A stretch of DNA of 64,000 bases, from contig NW_027191454.1 in the NCBI RefSeq assembly GCF_011745625.1, forward strand, positions 496,001 to 560,000, read 5' to 3'. Shown one piece after another: positions 11,629 to 22,891 of this stretch (position 1 is the first letter of the stretch; each line of letters opens with the position of its first letter). The stretch comes from Cladosporium halotolerans. Its lineage: Eukaryota. Both the position numbers and the translations under genes were made by a program. A model generated the notes under the pieces. That model ran no database searches and was not told where the DNA came from. It saw only the letters and a program-made list of their open reading frames with translations.

Positions 11629-14231
11629 ATGGCTAGATCAGCGATCTGCCTTCGCATCATTGCGATTGCTGTACTACTTTCCACGTTCCTTACACACGTC
11701 GCCACCTTTGAAGAGATCAACTTTGGCTCCGTCGCAGACCATGGATTATCCGAGCGGGATCTATTGCAAGTCGGAGAGGCAAACTACCTTCTGGGCCCTC
11801 AGCCGGAGACCATTGCTGAGCTTGGTCCTGATGAAGCTCCTCCTGAGACACATCAGCACCAGAAGCGCGTCGGTTCTGGAGCACCCTACTGGGTATCCCA
11901 GATCAAGCGACAGGGCAAAAGTCCTTACGCTGCCAACACGTCGTTCGTCATTTGGAGAAACGTCAAGGAATATGGAGCGAAGGGGGATGGCATCACCGAC
12001 GACACCGACGCGATCAATCTTGCTGGCTCTATCGGCGACCGGTGCGGTCTGGGCTGCGACAGTCGACTCTCCGAGGCTGCTATCGTCTACTTTCCTGCTG
12101 GTGTCTACAGGTTGTCCACGCCAGCTATCATGTACTACCACACTTCGTACGTCGGTGATGCCAACAATTTGCCAACTTTGAAAGCACTTCCGTCTTTCGA
12201 TGCCATCGGCGTGATCGATGCCAATGTGTATCTGCCCTATGGATTCAATTGGTATCAGAATCAGAACAACATGTGGAGACAAGTGCGTAACTTCATCATC
12301 GATATCACGGAAGTCCCGACAAACAGAGAAGTCCACGGCATCCATTGGCAAGTCGCACAAGCCACCAGCCTGCAGAACATTGTCTTCAACATGGCGCCTG
12401 CACGGCCAGGCGACGGTAGCCGACAACACGGCATCTTCATGGACAATGGATCTGGTGGCTGGCTGGAGGACCTGATCTTCAATGACGGCGACACCGGCCT
12501 CTTCGCAGGCAACCAGCAGTTCACGATCGTCAACGCCACTTTCAACCGCTGCAACACGGCCATTTTCCAGAATTGGAACTGGGTATTCCTCTACAAGGAC
12601 ATCGAGATCAACAACTGCGGCGTAGGCCTCGACATGAGCCAAGGCGGTGACGTCCCAGCCATGGGCTCGGTCATCCTGCTCGACTCTGTGATCAGGGACA
12701 CCCAATTCGGCGTCCTGACATCTTTCAGTCAAAAGAGCACCCCTTCGGCTGCCGGGACTTTGGTCCTGGATAACGTCGACTTCATCAACACCGACCCTGC
12801 CGTAGCTTACCGGAACGGCACAGTCCTCGTCGAAGGCAACCGCAAAATCGAAAGTTACCTGCAAGGCAGAGTCTACTCCGCCTACGAAGGCTCCTACGAG
12901 GAGAACAACTTCACCTGCTACGGCCCCGCCGCAAGATCAGCCAGGATCCAACAGCTCGTCGGCGGACCCCCAAAAAGCCCCAACCTCCTAGACGCCCGCG
13001 GCCGCTTCTACCTCCGCAGCAAACCCCAATACGAAGGCGTGCCCGTCGAGCAGTTCAAGTCGGCCATGGACTTCGGCTGCTCGGGCGACGGCTTCACGGA
13101 CCAGACGCAGTGCGTGCAGGATTTCCTCAACAGCATCCAGCCCGACGAAATCGCCTACTTCGACCACGGCTCCTACATCATCCGCGACACGATCGAGTGC
13201 CCGACGAACATCAAGATCGTCGGCGAGATGTGGGCGATCATCATGGTCGAGGCCTCGCCCGTCTTCAGCGACATCAACAACCCGCGCGTCGCCTTCCGCG
13301 TCGGCCAGCCGGGCGACAAGGGCGCCGTCGAGATCACGGACATGCTGTTCGAGACGCGCGGGCCGACGCCCGGCGCCATCGTCATGGAGTGGAATCTGGC
13401 GGGCACGACGCCCATGGCGGCGGGCATGTGGGACACGCACTTCCGCATCGGCGGGACGAACGGCACGCTGCTGCAGTCGAACAACTGCCGCAAGACGCCC
13501 GGCAGGGCGCACGGCGCCGCGGAGCAGTGCTACTGCGCGTTTCTGATCTTGCACCTGACGCCGTCGTCGTCGCTGATCATGTCGAACAACTGGGGCTGGG
13601 TGGCGGACCACGAGATGGACTTGGACGACCACTTCCAGATCGACATCTACAACGGCAGGGGCCTGCTGGTGGAGTCGCAGGGCCCGACGTGGATCTGGGG
13701 CAGCTCGTTCGAGCACTCCATGCTGTACAACTACAATTTCGCCAACTCGAGGGACGTCGTGATCGGGGTGATCCAGAGCGAGACCGCGTAAGTCGAGCGT
13801 CCACCAGACAAAAGAAAGACAGACCAAGTCTTGCAACTAACCTCGAAAAAAATCCCAGCTACATGCAAAACAACCCCAACGCCCTCTCCTCCTTCCAGCC
13901 CGAGGAGCGCTACTACGACCCGACGTTCGAGAACTGCTTCCTCCCCACGTGCCCCAAGACCTACGGCCTCGTGGTCAAGAACTCCACCAGCCTGTTCAAC
14001 TACGGCGCGGGGCTGTACAGCTTCTTCAACAACTACGACAGCGGCTGCCTGATCACGGAGAACTGCCAGCAGTTCATGGTGCTGGTGGAGAAGAGCGAGG
14101 GGGTTTATCTCTACGGGCTGAGCACGAAGGCCGCCGCGATCATGGTCGAGGTCGACGGGGTGGCGCTGGTGCCGGAGGGCGCGAATGTGAATACTTTCTG
14201 CAGGACGGTGGCGGTGTTTGAGTATCCTTAG
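11629..14231 (+). CDS. Secreted GH55 exo-beta-1,3-glucanase (two beta-helix domains)
   Basis: Signal peptide MARSAICLRIIAIAVLLSTFLTHVA and pro-region ending KR. Motifs RNVKEYGAKGDGITDDTDAIN, HWQVAQATSLQN, WGWVADH and IQSETAY (across intron 13788-13858). Stop TAG 14229-14231. Confidence 0.93.
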
Positions 14232-16105
14232 TCCCTGGAGGGATGCGTGCGTTGGGCTGTTTCCCAAATCATTACCTAAATGAGGCAGCGGGGGAGGTAG
14301 TGTGCGCGGTTTTCGATGTCACTCGCTAGCTGCAGTCGATCAATAACATGAGCTTTTTACTCGAACAACGTTGTGCAGCGATCAACAGCGCTGTTTTTGG
14401 TAGGCATGCCCCGCGAGTCAGGAAAGTCGATCCTGTGACATAGGCCTGTGCCAGCTGTGACGTTTTCGGCACCAACGGCTCTTCACATGTTCTCAGAAAT
14501 GCAGGCAGGCGCGAATCCATCGGCGAAACGGCACGGCGCCAAAGCGCGTCAATGGACAAAAAAGCAAACACGCTGAATCGGCCAGTTAAACCTTCGCGAG
14601 GTGCAGTCCGTGAATTCGGAGGGGTCGGTTGGACGGTAGTCTTCATACGGGGCTGGCTCGCAATGGCGTGATTGGCTTGACTAATGCGATGGGGGAAAGT
14701 CTGTGGTTTGGGACTTTGGTGGAATTACGGCATGCGGGCTTGCTTGGTGAGGCGAGGGAGCCCTAGAATTTCCATGGGAGATCCCTCGAAATTCTGGAAG
14801 CGGGAGGACTTTTTGCGTTTATCGGGGCGGGATTTGATGGGGCTTTTGCGCATGTCCGAGAGAAGGCGTCTCGGTTGGTGAATGGGAACGAGCAGATAAT
14901 AATACACGATTTACTAATGCGTCCATGGATGTTGGCTGAAGATCTGCTACAACATTATTCGCTTGCTTTATTGACGTCAGGCAAGGATCGAGTTTCATCA
15001 GAGGCTGTGCGTGAAAAAGGCGATCAGGCGATACTGCTGCTGGAGCCAGTCTGGCGCTGGGAGTGACACACCGCAATGCTGGATGTTCGATGGTTGAGGC
15101 CTTAGGACGCCGTAGCACAGCGGACAGCTACCACTGCCGCAACTTCCGCATCCATGGATGATGGAGCAGAGGACAGCCGCTTTGTTTGGGTTGAGCCTCG
15201 GCAGCGCAGGCCTCAGGCGCTTTGAAGGCAGCGTCGCCCGTCGCCTGTCCGCGCAGCCGGGAATACTAGGTAAGGCACCGTACTGGCGCCTGGCAGTGAA
15301 GTCATGCGTGCACACGTGACTGTGGGGAGACAGGATTGCGCCTGCAGCCTCTCCGCGAGATCTGCCACCGCGGCAGCTGCGATCCAGGGAGCAACACCAA
15401 TGCGGCCTAGCTCCGTTGACCTCTCGCGCGCGGTGATTGGGCGGGTGTCGTCCTTATCTCTCAGGCAAAGGCTGTGTCGCGGCTTCACCTAAACCCTCTG
15501 TTTCTCTCACGTACTGCTTTGCCCTTCTTACGTACAGATGCGACTGTCCAGCCTGCGCTTCCTGCTCGCGAGACCCTTGGCTGATGAGCCAGCCGCGTGA
15601 GGCAGACCGTACATAATCACCAACACATGTTCTTATCGCGCGTCCTTCCCACCCCGTGAATGATCCGCACGCCGTCCGTCCCTGCCCTCGCTGCTGCCGC
15701 TGCTGCTGCTGCTCGCGTGAGAGCGCCTTCCTCCAGTCGCCCGTCGGCCCAATGACACCCAGCGCCCTCGACCATCTCATCCTCATTGCCGCCCTCTGCG
15801 ACCCGGCAGACCGCGTGTGAAGCCTGTCTGACGCCTGCCCGCAGCGCTGCCAGCGCGCATCCGATAACGCCTCCCTGATTATTACCCATTAAATCCACAC
15901 TCCCAAATCCTACCCCAGCCCTATCACCTATCTGCACGCCTACTCCTCCCGCGTCTGGCTCCAGCACCGCCTGCCTCCTCGGGATTCCCAGCCAGTCCCC
16001 TTGCGTGAGGCGTCCGGAGTAGGCGGGTCTTGGGACGTGCTATCCTCCTGATATCAACCCTCCACGTCACCGCCCGACGCCTTATACACGCCGCATACCG
16101 CAGCC

Positions 16106-18133
16106 ATGGCGACTGCGATGGCCGTCCAACCGCTGGCTCCCAGACCCTGCTCGCGCGACATCGCCGCCTGGTCGCCACCCAAGCAGCGCTTGATGGACAA
16201 CAACGAGTCCCGCCCCGCCCTCAAGCAGCTGCAACAGAGTGCGCCCCAGCGTCCGCGCCGAGAACGCCCCTGTGACGGCTGTCGACGCCGCAAAAGCAAG
16301 TGCGTGTTGCAGGAAGGTCGGCGTTGCGTCTTGTGTGAGTTCCACAAGCAGGACTGCACCTTCGTCGAGAACGCCCAGCCCCGAAAGCGCAAGGTCGACG
16401 ACACCAACAAATCCGACACCTCGCCGAACAAGAGGTCGGCTGCATCCTCCGTCAAGGCCTCGACGCCGCCAGCAACGAAACCCCAACAGCCCATCTTCGA
16501 TCTATCCAACATTCCCGCCCCTGCGCCTCCGGTCCAGCCTGCTGGCACCAAAGTGCTGTCTGTCGTCGATGAATCGTTGAGCTTGCAACGGCATCGACAC
16601 TGCAGGTATGTCGGCCAAACTACTGCATTGGACGCTCGTTTGATCGGCTTGGGCGATTTCAACGAAACCAATGAAACGGAATCTCAAGTTGGCCTTCTCC
16701 GTCAAGTAACCGGCACCGAGTACTTCAGCACACACGACGACGCCGACGTTCCCATGCCTGACGACGAGGCGAGGGCACTGGCCGATATCGAACGCATAGT
16801 CGGTCCTCACGGCAACAAATTGATCGAGATCTATTTCCGCAACGTCCATCCCAGCTTTCCTATCATTCAGAAGCAGGCCTTTCTTGATAGGCATCGTCAT
16901 GGCGATCGACAATTCAACCCGCCTTTGCTTGCTGCAATGTATCTTTTGGCTCTTGGATGGTGGCAGCAAGAACCCACCCTTGCCTCGCAACCTAGACCGG
17001 ACATTGCCCGACTGGAGTATATTGCCATCACCAGCCTGACAATGGCCATGCAACGACCCAAAATTTCCGCTGTGCAGGCTGGTCTACTGCTTTTGCAACG
17101 ACCAAAGTCAAGCACCTGGACACTTACCGTACAACTCGTCGCCCTCGGTCAAGACATCGGTCTGCATCTGGATTGCTCAAACTGGTCCATCCCTCTGTGG
17201 GAACGTCGTTTGCGCAAGCGACTAGCATGGGCACTCTATATGCAGGACAAGTGGAGTGCTGTTGGGCATGGTCGCCCTTCCCACATCTCTGCGGCTGACT
17301 GGAACGTTCCGACTCCTGTGCCGGACGACTTTGACGAATCTGTTCCTCCCATTGACTCCACCACCGACGAAGAGGACGAGGAAACCCTTCGTGGCCGCTC
17401 CCTTTTCAACCAGATGATCACCCTCACATCCATCATGGCTGAAGTGTGCGACACCTTCTACTCGCAGACTGCCAAAGCCGACATCGATCGTGCCGGCAAG
17501 TACGCCACACAGCTTGTTCTTAACCGTGCCAAACCCGTCCAAATCCGTCTCAAGGAGTGGTTTGCCAAGCTGCCTGCTGAGTGCAAGATGGACTCTTACA
17601 ACACAAACCAGCTTAGCGCGACGGGTTACCTGCACCTGGCTTACTTTGCCACCGAGATTAGCATCCACCGCCGCATTGTCCAGTCGCTCCGCCCTCCCAC
17701 CACGCCCTCAGAGTCTTACATGATGTACATATGCCGCTCTGCTGCGAAGACCCGCCTCATCAGCGCCATGGACTTTGTCAATCGGCTGCGTCCGGAACAC
17801 CTCAGTGCATTTTGGTACTTTGCTTCAGCGTCTAACTTTGCCCTTATCGGGACTTTCGGTGCGCTGCTGCAAGCTACCAGTCCTGGGAGTGAGGAAGCGG
17901 CCTTCTACGCCGCACGTCTGAACGAGTTCAAGTGGACACTTAGCGTCAGTGCCGGAAAGGCGCCTTGGATCCAGGGAGCTCTGGAACTCTTGGACGCGAC
18001 TGCCACCATGCTGACACGATTACCGAGCAAACCGGCGAGCGTGGCAGATGAGGAAGGAATGGACGAGGAGCTCATGATGACAGGATTCGGAGTCGGAGCT
18101 GTTCGACAAGAGATGGAGGTTGACAGATGGTGA
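16106..18133 (+). CDS. Zn(II)2Cys6 transcription factor, DAL81/UGA35/TamA-like nitrogen co-activator
   Basis: RPCDGCRRRKSKC...CVLCEFHKQDC zinc cluster; fungal TF middle-homology region (YFRNVHPSFPII, RKRLAWALYMQDKW); SATGYLHLAYF and HLSAFWYFAS blocks typical of the DAL81/TamA family. Confidence 0.85.
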   Translation: MATAMAVQPLAPRPCSRDIAAWSPPKQRLMDNNESRPALKQLQQSAPQRPRRERPCDGCRRRKSKCVLQEGRRCVLCEFHKQDCTFVENAQPRKRKVDDTNKSDTSPNKRSAASSVKASTPPATKPQQPIFDLSNIPAPAPPVQPAGTKVLSVVDESLSLQRHRHCRYVGQTTALDARLIGLGDFNETNETESQVGLLRQVTGTEYFSTHDDADVPMPDDEARALADIERIVGPHGNKLIEIYFRNVHPSFPIIQKQAFLDRHRHGDRQFNPPLLAAMYLLALGWWQQEPTLASQPRPDIARLEYIAITSLTMAMQRPKISAVQAGLLLLQRPKSSTWTLTVQLVALGQDIGLHLDCSNWSIPLWERRLRKRLAWALYMQDKWSAVGHGRPSHISAADWNVPTPVPDDFDESVPPIDSTTDEEDEETLRGRSLFNQMITLTSIMAEVCDTFYSQTAKADIDRAGKYATQLVLNRAKPVQIRLKEWFAKLPAECKMDSYNTNQLSATGYLHLAYFATEISIHRRIVQSLRPPTTPSESYMMYICRSAAKTRLISAMDFVNRLRPEHLSAFWYFASASNFALIGTFGALLQATSPGSEEAAFYAARLNEFKWTLSVSAGKAPWIQGALELLDATATMLTRLPSKPASVADEEGMDEELMMTGFGVGAVRQEMEVDRW

Positions 18134-18497
18134 TGGGCTTTTCATTTTCCCTGTTTTGCATTGTCGATTAATGTGCTGCCACGAATTGGATTGGGATATC
18201 ATGACGAGCGACACAGGATACCAGAACCACAGGCGTTTCACTAAATTAGGGGGGAATATCCACGGCTTTTTTTTTAGAAGAAAGAATCAAGATCTTACAT
18301 ATGCATCTAAATGCTACGGACCGCTGCAACGCTGGCCATCGCAATCCTGCCTCTTCCAATGCACCTGAAAGAGAATACGAGAGTCCTCGCTAGCCAACTC
18401 GGAAGCCTCGAGTTAAGGAAATCAGAAAAAAAGGAAAAGAAACCCATCCCAGAAAACGCCGTCCGTGTCGTCGTCAAGAGAAGCGCACAACTCATCA

Positions 18498-21461
18498 TCA
18501 CCGAGCCGGCGCCTTCTCCGTCTCCCTCACATCACCCCCAAACCTCCCAACCGTCACCCTCTCCACCTTCCTCGCCTGATCTTTCACCATCATCCCCTCC
18601 CAGCACAGCTTCTCCCCAGTCCCCACATCCTCGTCCGCATCCAACCTCCCCAACCCCCCGTTCGCAATCCACTGCCCAACAACCTCCACCACAAACCCCA
18701 GCTTCCTCTCCACCTCGTTCGCCCTCACCACCCGCGCCCTCGCCCGCCCACTCTCATGCAACAGCCCCCGCACCGTGTCGCCCAACACCTCCCGCCCCGC
18801 AATATGCGCCGGCAGCAACTCCCCCTCCGCGCGCAAGTGCGCCGCCGCCTCGGCCGAAATCACCGTCGCGCTCACCAGCGTCCCGTCCGCGCTCAGGACC
18901 AATTTCGTGTGGTCCGGGAAGTGCACCTGCATCGCCCCGTCCGCGAACACCCACATCCCCACGTTGCCTATGCGCTGGTAGAAGCGCACAAACACCTCCC
19001 CGCGCCCCGCTCCCGCCTCTCCACCGGGCACGACAACATCCCCCTCCAGGCTCTGGCACATGTACCGCCCGAACTTCGCCCACAGCACGCCGAGCACCTT
19101 CCGCCGCGCCTCCTCCGCCTCCACGCTGCCGAGCCCCTTGAACACCTTCCGCCTGATGCCCTCCTGCCCGGCGTCCTCGAGGATCTCGAGCGGCACGCTG
19201 TCCGCGTTGCCCAGGTCGCGGCGCAGCTTCGCGAGCCAGCGCCGGCCGCACGCGTTGTAGACGTGCGTGACGGGCGTGCCAGGGGCGCGCGCGGAGGCGT
19301 TGAAGACGCAGCCGACGGTGCCGTCGCGCAGCACGTAGCCGACGCCGTGCTTGATGCTGTAGTCGACCCATTTGCAGACGAAGGGGAGGTGGGCGGCGGC
19401 GCTTGCGGGGGGGAGGGGCGCGTTGGTTGGTGGGGGCGCGTTGGAGAGGGAGGCGAGGAGGTTGGAGCGGAGGGTTGTGAGGCGGGTGAGGACGGAGGAG
19501 GGGTCGCTGGAGGGGTGCGTGGTGGTGGTGTCGTCTGGGAGGGTGGGGAGGGGTTTGCGCGGGCGAGGGAGGGTTCTGGACATGCGGGGTGGGGGCGGGA
19601 GGGAGAGGGTTGGGGGGCAGGGTTGGTCTTCGGGGTCGGAGTGGATTTCGACGACGGCCTCGGCTTTGCGGCGCGGTTTGCGCAGGGGGGAGACTTGTTT
19701 CAGTTCGTCGAGGGTGGCGAAGGCGCCGGCGCTGGCGGGTGGGGAGACGGGGCGGTCTGCTTTTTTGACGGTTGCCCGGGGCCGTCTGGCGAGGCTGGCG
19801 TCGGCGCTGCGTTTGATGGAGGTGGTTCGCTGTGGTTTTGTGGGAGCCGCGTCGGAGCTTTGCTGGGACTGCGACGCTTGGTAGCCGGCACTGGAGACTG
19901 TGTTTGATTCCCGAAGGGTGCCGGTTGTCGAGCTGGTGGCGAGGCGACTCCGGACTGTGCGGTAGGCGGGCACCGAATCGTTGTCCGATGCTATCTTCAC
20001 TGATTCGGCGGCCTTTGCCGTCTCCTCGCTAAGGGTTCTGGCTGCGCGGCGGACAGATCCTGTGCGTGCTGCTACTCTCGACGCTGGCCTAGTAGGAGGG
20101 GGCATCATTTCGGTGTCGCGTGCGATTCTTCGCTCGGAGGTGAGGGTTGATCTGGGTTTGACCACCTCGTTGTGTGAGATCTCCCGCATTCCTCTCATGG
20201 TCGAAGTTCTCGAAGAATCGGATTCTTGGGGTTCGGGGCTTCCAGCAGATTCCCAATCGCTGACTGTAGAGACGTAGACAGTATCTTGCGGAATGGGCAT
20301 CACGGGTGCCGTTCCTAATTGCGCCTCCTTGTGGAAATCATGGACGATACTCTTAATCTTCCTTCCACGGTTGAGCTTGAAGCAAGAGCCGTCGGGAGTC
20401 CTGCCAACACCAGCTTCCTTGCAAAGATCGAACCAAGAGTCCGTGTAGCCTTGGTCGCGGGCAGCTTTGCTGGGGAGGGCAACTTCGGACCATTGAGGGA
20501 TCTTCTCGCGAGATGCGACTGGGATGTGGTGAGGGACGTATCCCATTCGGAAGAAGGGCTGGCCAATAATGTCGTCGGGCTCAGGGCGATCCTCTTCCGG
20601 AACCAGCAGTGAGGCGACCGTGTTCCTGAGGTCGGCAGAGATGTCGTTGTGGGTGGCGCTAAGCTCCGGCCATTTATATTCACCCTGCTTGAGCTTCTTG
20701 TAGATCTCCTCCTTGCTGCTGGCGTGGAAGGGAGCTCTGCCGACAGCTAGAGTGTATGTGATGACGCCGATAGACCACAGGTCTACCTTTTCGTTGTGTC
20801 CCTTGCCTTTCTCCAAAATCTCCGGCGCAAGGTAGTTGGGTGTGCCGCACATCGTGGTTCGTCGCTTGACTTCCATTTCCTTCTCGGTGACAAGCAGAGC
20901 TGCGAGACCGAAGTCGCCGACCTGGACATTCATGTTCGCGTCGAGGAAAAGGTTGCCAGTCTTCAAGTCGCGGTGCACGACATGTCGCGTGTGCAGGTAT
21001 TTGACTGCGCCGCAAATCTGAATCACAAATCGTCGGATTTCCGGGAGCGTCAAGCATTTTCGCTTTTTCAGCATGTCCGCTAGCGAACCGTTCGGACACA
21101 TGTCCAGGACCACATATGTGCTCGTTTGGAAAGAGAAGGCGCGGTAAAATGTCACAATGTTTGGGTGCGAGAGCTTCGAGTGGATCTGCAGCTCAGAGAC
21201 GAACTGTTTACCGCGTTAGCACACCTCTTTTCCGGTAGAATGCCTCCATTGTCGCACCTTTTGCGCCAGCTTCGCAGGTTCCATCTTCGTCTTGACGATT
21301 TTGAGGGCAACAATGTGTCCGGTCGGTTTGCTGCCATCGTAGCGCTCTGCGCGGTGGCAGATGGCGAAACCGCCTTTTCCGAGCGACGGGCCTGTCGCAT
21401 AGTTGACACCAGTGGGTTCGGTCACGATGGGTGGAGGAGGCTCAGCATGGATGGAAGACAT
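18498..21461 (-). CDS. CDC5: Polo-like kinase (Cdc5/Plo1/PlkA)
   Basis: LGKGGFAICH glycine loop, HRDLKTGN, DFGLA and TMCGTPNYLAPE. C-terminal polo boxes (FVCKWVDYSIKHGVGYVL; QVHFPDHTKLVL). Intron 21204-21257. Start ATG 21461 is the best guess. Confidence 0.93.
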
Positions 21462-21781
21462 TTTTCGTTGTCGCTGGCCGGATGTGCACAAGAGCCGTCC
21501 TTGTCTGCGCTGACCATTCTCGAAGACATCGGATGGAGGCTTGAGGTTGGTGTTGAGTTTACGGATGCGTTGCTAGGCAACGTCGGGCTGTGCGCAAAGC
21601 TCGGTTCGCGTTCGCAGAGCTCGAGCCGCGGATCGGAGCTGAAAGCGCGGATGAGAAGGCAAGAGATGACATATCCTCTCGCTCACGGGTCACGACGGGA
21701 ATATTGCAACTTGCTGTCGACCATGTTCTGAACAGCTCTTGTCGGATCGTTGCATCCGTGTGGTTCCTTGCTGCGCGCATC

Positions 21782-22689
21782 ATGTCACTCACTTTCAAGA
21801 TTGCCTCGCTTGCAATCCGTACTCTCGCAAAACCGATTGGCGTACGTACGCCAAGCCATCACTTCAATGTTTCACACCTCATTGACACGTCTTGATGTAG
21901 AATTATATCAAGAGGCAGGCCAAAGAGCATGAAGGGTTCAGGCGCTTTGCTGTTGCTCAGGCGCAGCGTGTTCACAGGATAGACATGCGCATGCGCCTGG
22001 GCATGCTGCACGACAGCGCTGCTCAGGAGCGCATGGCCGAGCGTGAACGTAAAATGGCGGAAGAGAAGAAACGACAAGCGGAAACTCCAACGGTGATGAC
22101 GGAGCTACAGCAGAAGAAGCATGATGAGGAGCAAGCACGCAAGAAGACCGAGGGCGGGGCAAAGAAAGAAGAGAAGCAACATGTACCAAGAATCCGACCG
22201 CTCAGCGAGGCGAAAGCTATAGAGCTCGGTGCCAACTTCTTTTCGGAGTCATTCATATTCGCGGTCGCTGTAGGCTTGCTTGTCTGGGACAGCTGGCGCA
22301 GCAGGAGCAAGGCGAAAGACCAAAGAGAAGTGTTGGAAGATCGGTTGGACATCGTAGAGGCGGAAGTTGAAAGACTACGGAACAAGTATGAGCCAGGCTG
22401 GGATCCGCTGTCGGAGAAAGATGAAGAGCCTGCGAAATTTGCATGGTATAATCCGGCGGGATGGTGGATGCGAACAGAACCCAACCAGGACTCAGCGATC
22501 GACGTGGTTAAGGCGAGCCAGTCGGCGCAGGGCACTACAGCGCCGCTCAGCGGTGCGAAGGCTGCTGACGATGCGAAAGCTGTTGTGGGAGAGAAAGCAG
22601 CGCCAAAAGACGAGAAAGCCACTAAGCAGGCATCCGGCGTGCCTCCAGTCCGGATAGATACGGTGTCGGCGGCGAACAAATCGCGGTAA
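21782..22689 (+). CDS. OPA3-like mitochondrial protein
   Basis: Exon 1 MSLTFKIASLAIRTLAKPIG; intron 21842-21900; then NYIKRQAKEH...; OPA3 motif IRPLSEAKAIELGANFFSESFIFAV. Confidence 0.9.
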
Positions 22690-22891
22690 AGCGGGTGAGA
22701 TTTCCACCGCAATGTGTGTATGTACATATGAGATACCCCCCACTTCTGTATTAAGAAAGGCTCTTCAGCCAGATTTCTGTAACTCGCGCGCGCAGCCTTA
22801 CTGAATCTCTAACTCGACCTCACTTCTTGGCGAAAGCAACATAACAAGCGTCAAGTGGGAAATTGCAGCGACATCCAAAGGTATCGTCATT

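Noticed and set aside
11761..14231. Alternative-frame and antisense ORFs over the GH55 gene (367, 282, 373 aa)
   Set aside because: Shadow ORFs of GC-rich codon usage. Only the 3' end of the 373-aa frame is real, as GH55 exon 2.
14300..15500. Short ORFs in the GH55-TF intergenic region; possible transposon relic
   Set aside because: No transposase or RT motifs, terminal repeats, or AT-rich RIP-like composition seen.
18311..19907. Long plus-strand ORFs (276 aa, 480 aa) opposite polo kinase
   Set aside because: Antisense shadows caused by extreme GC3 and skew; low-complexity translations with no motifs.
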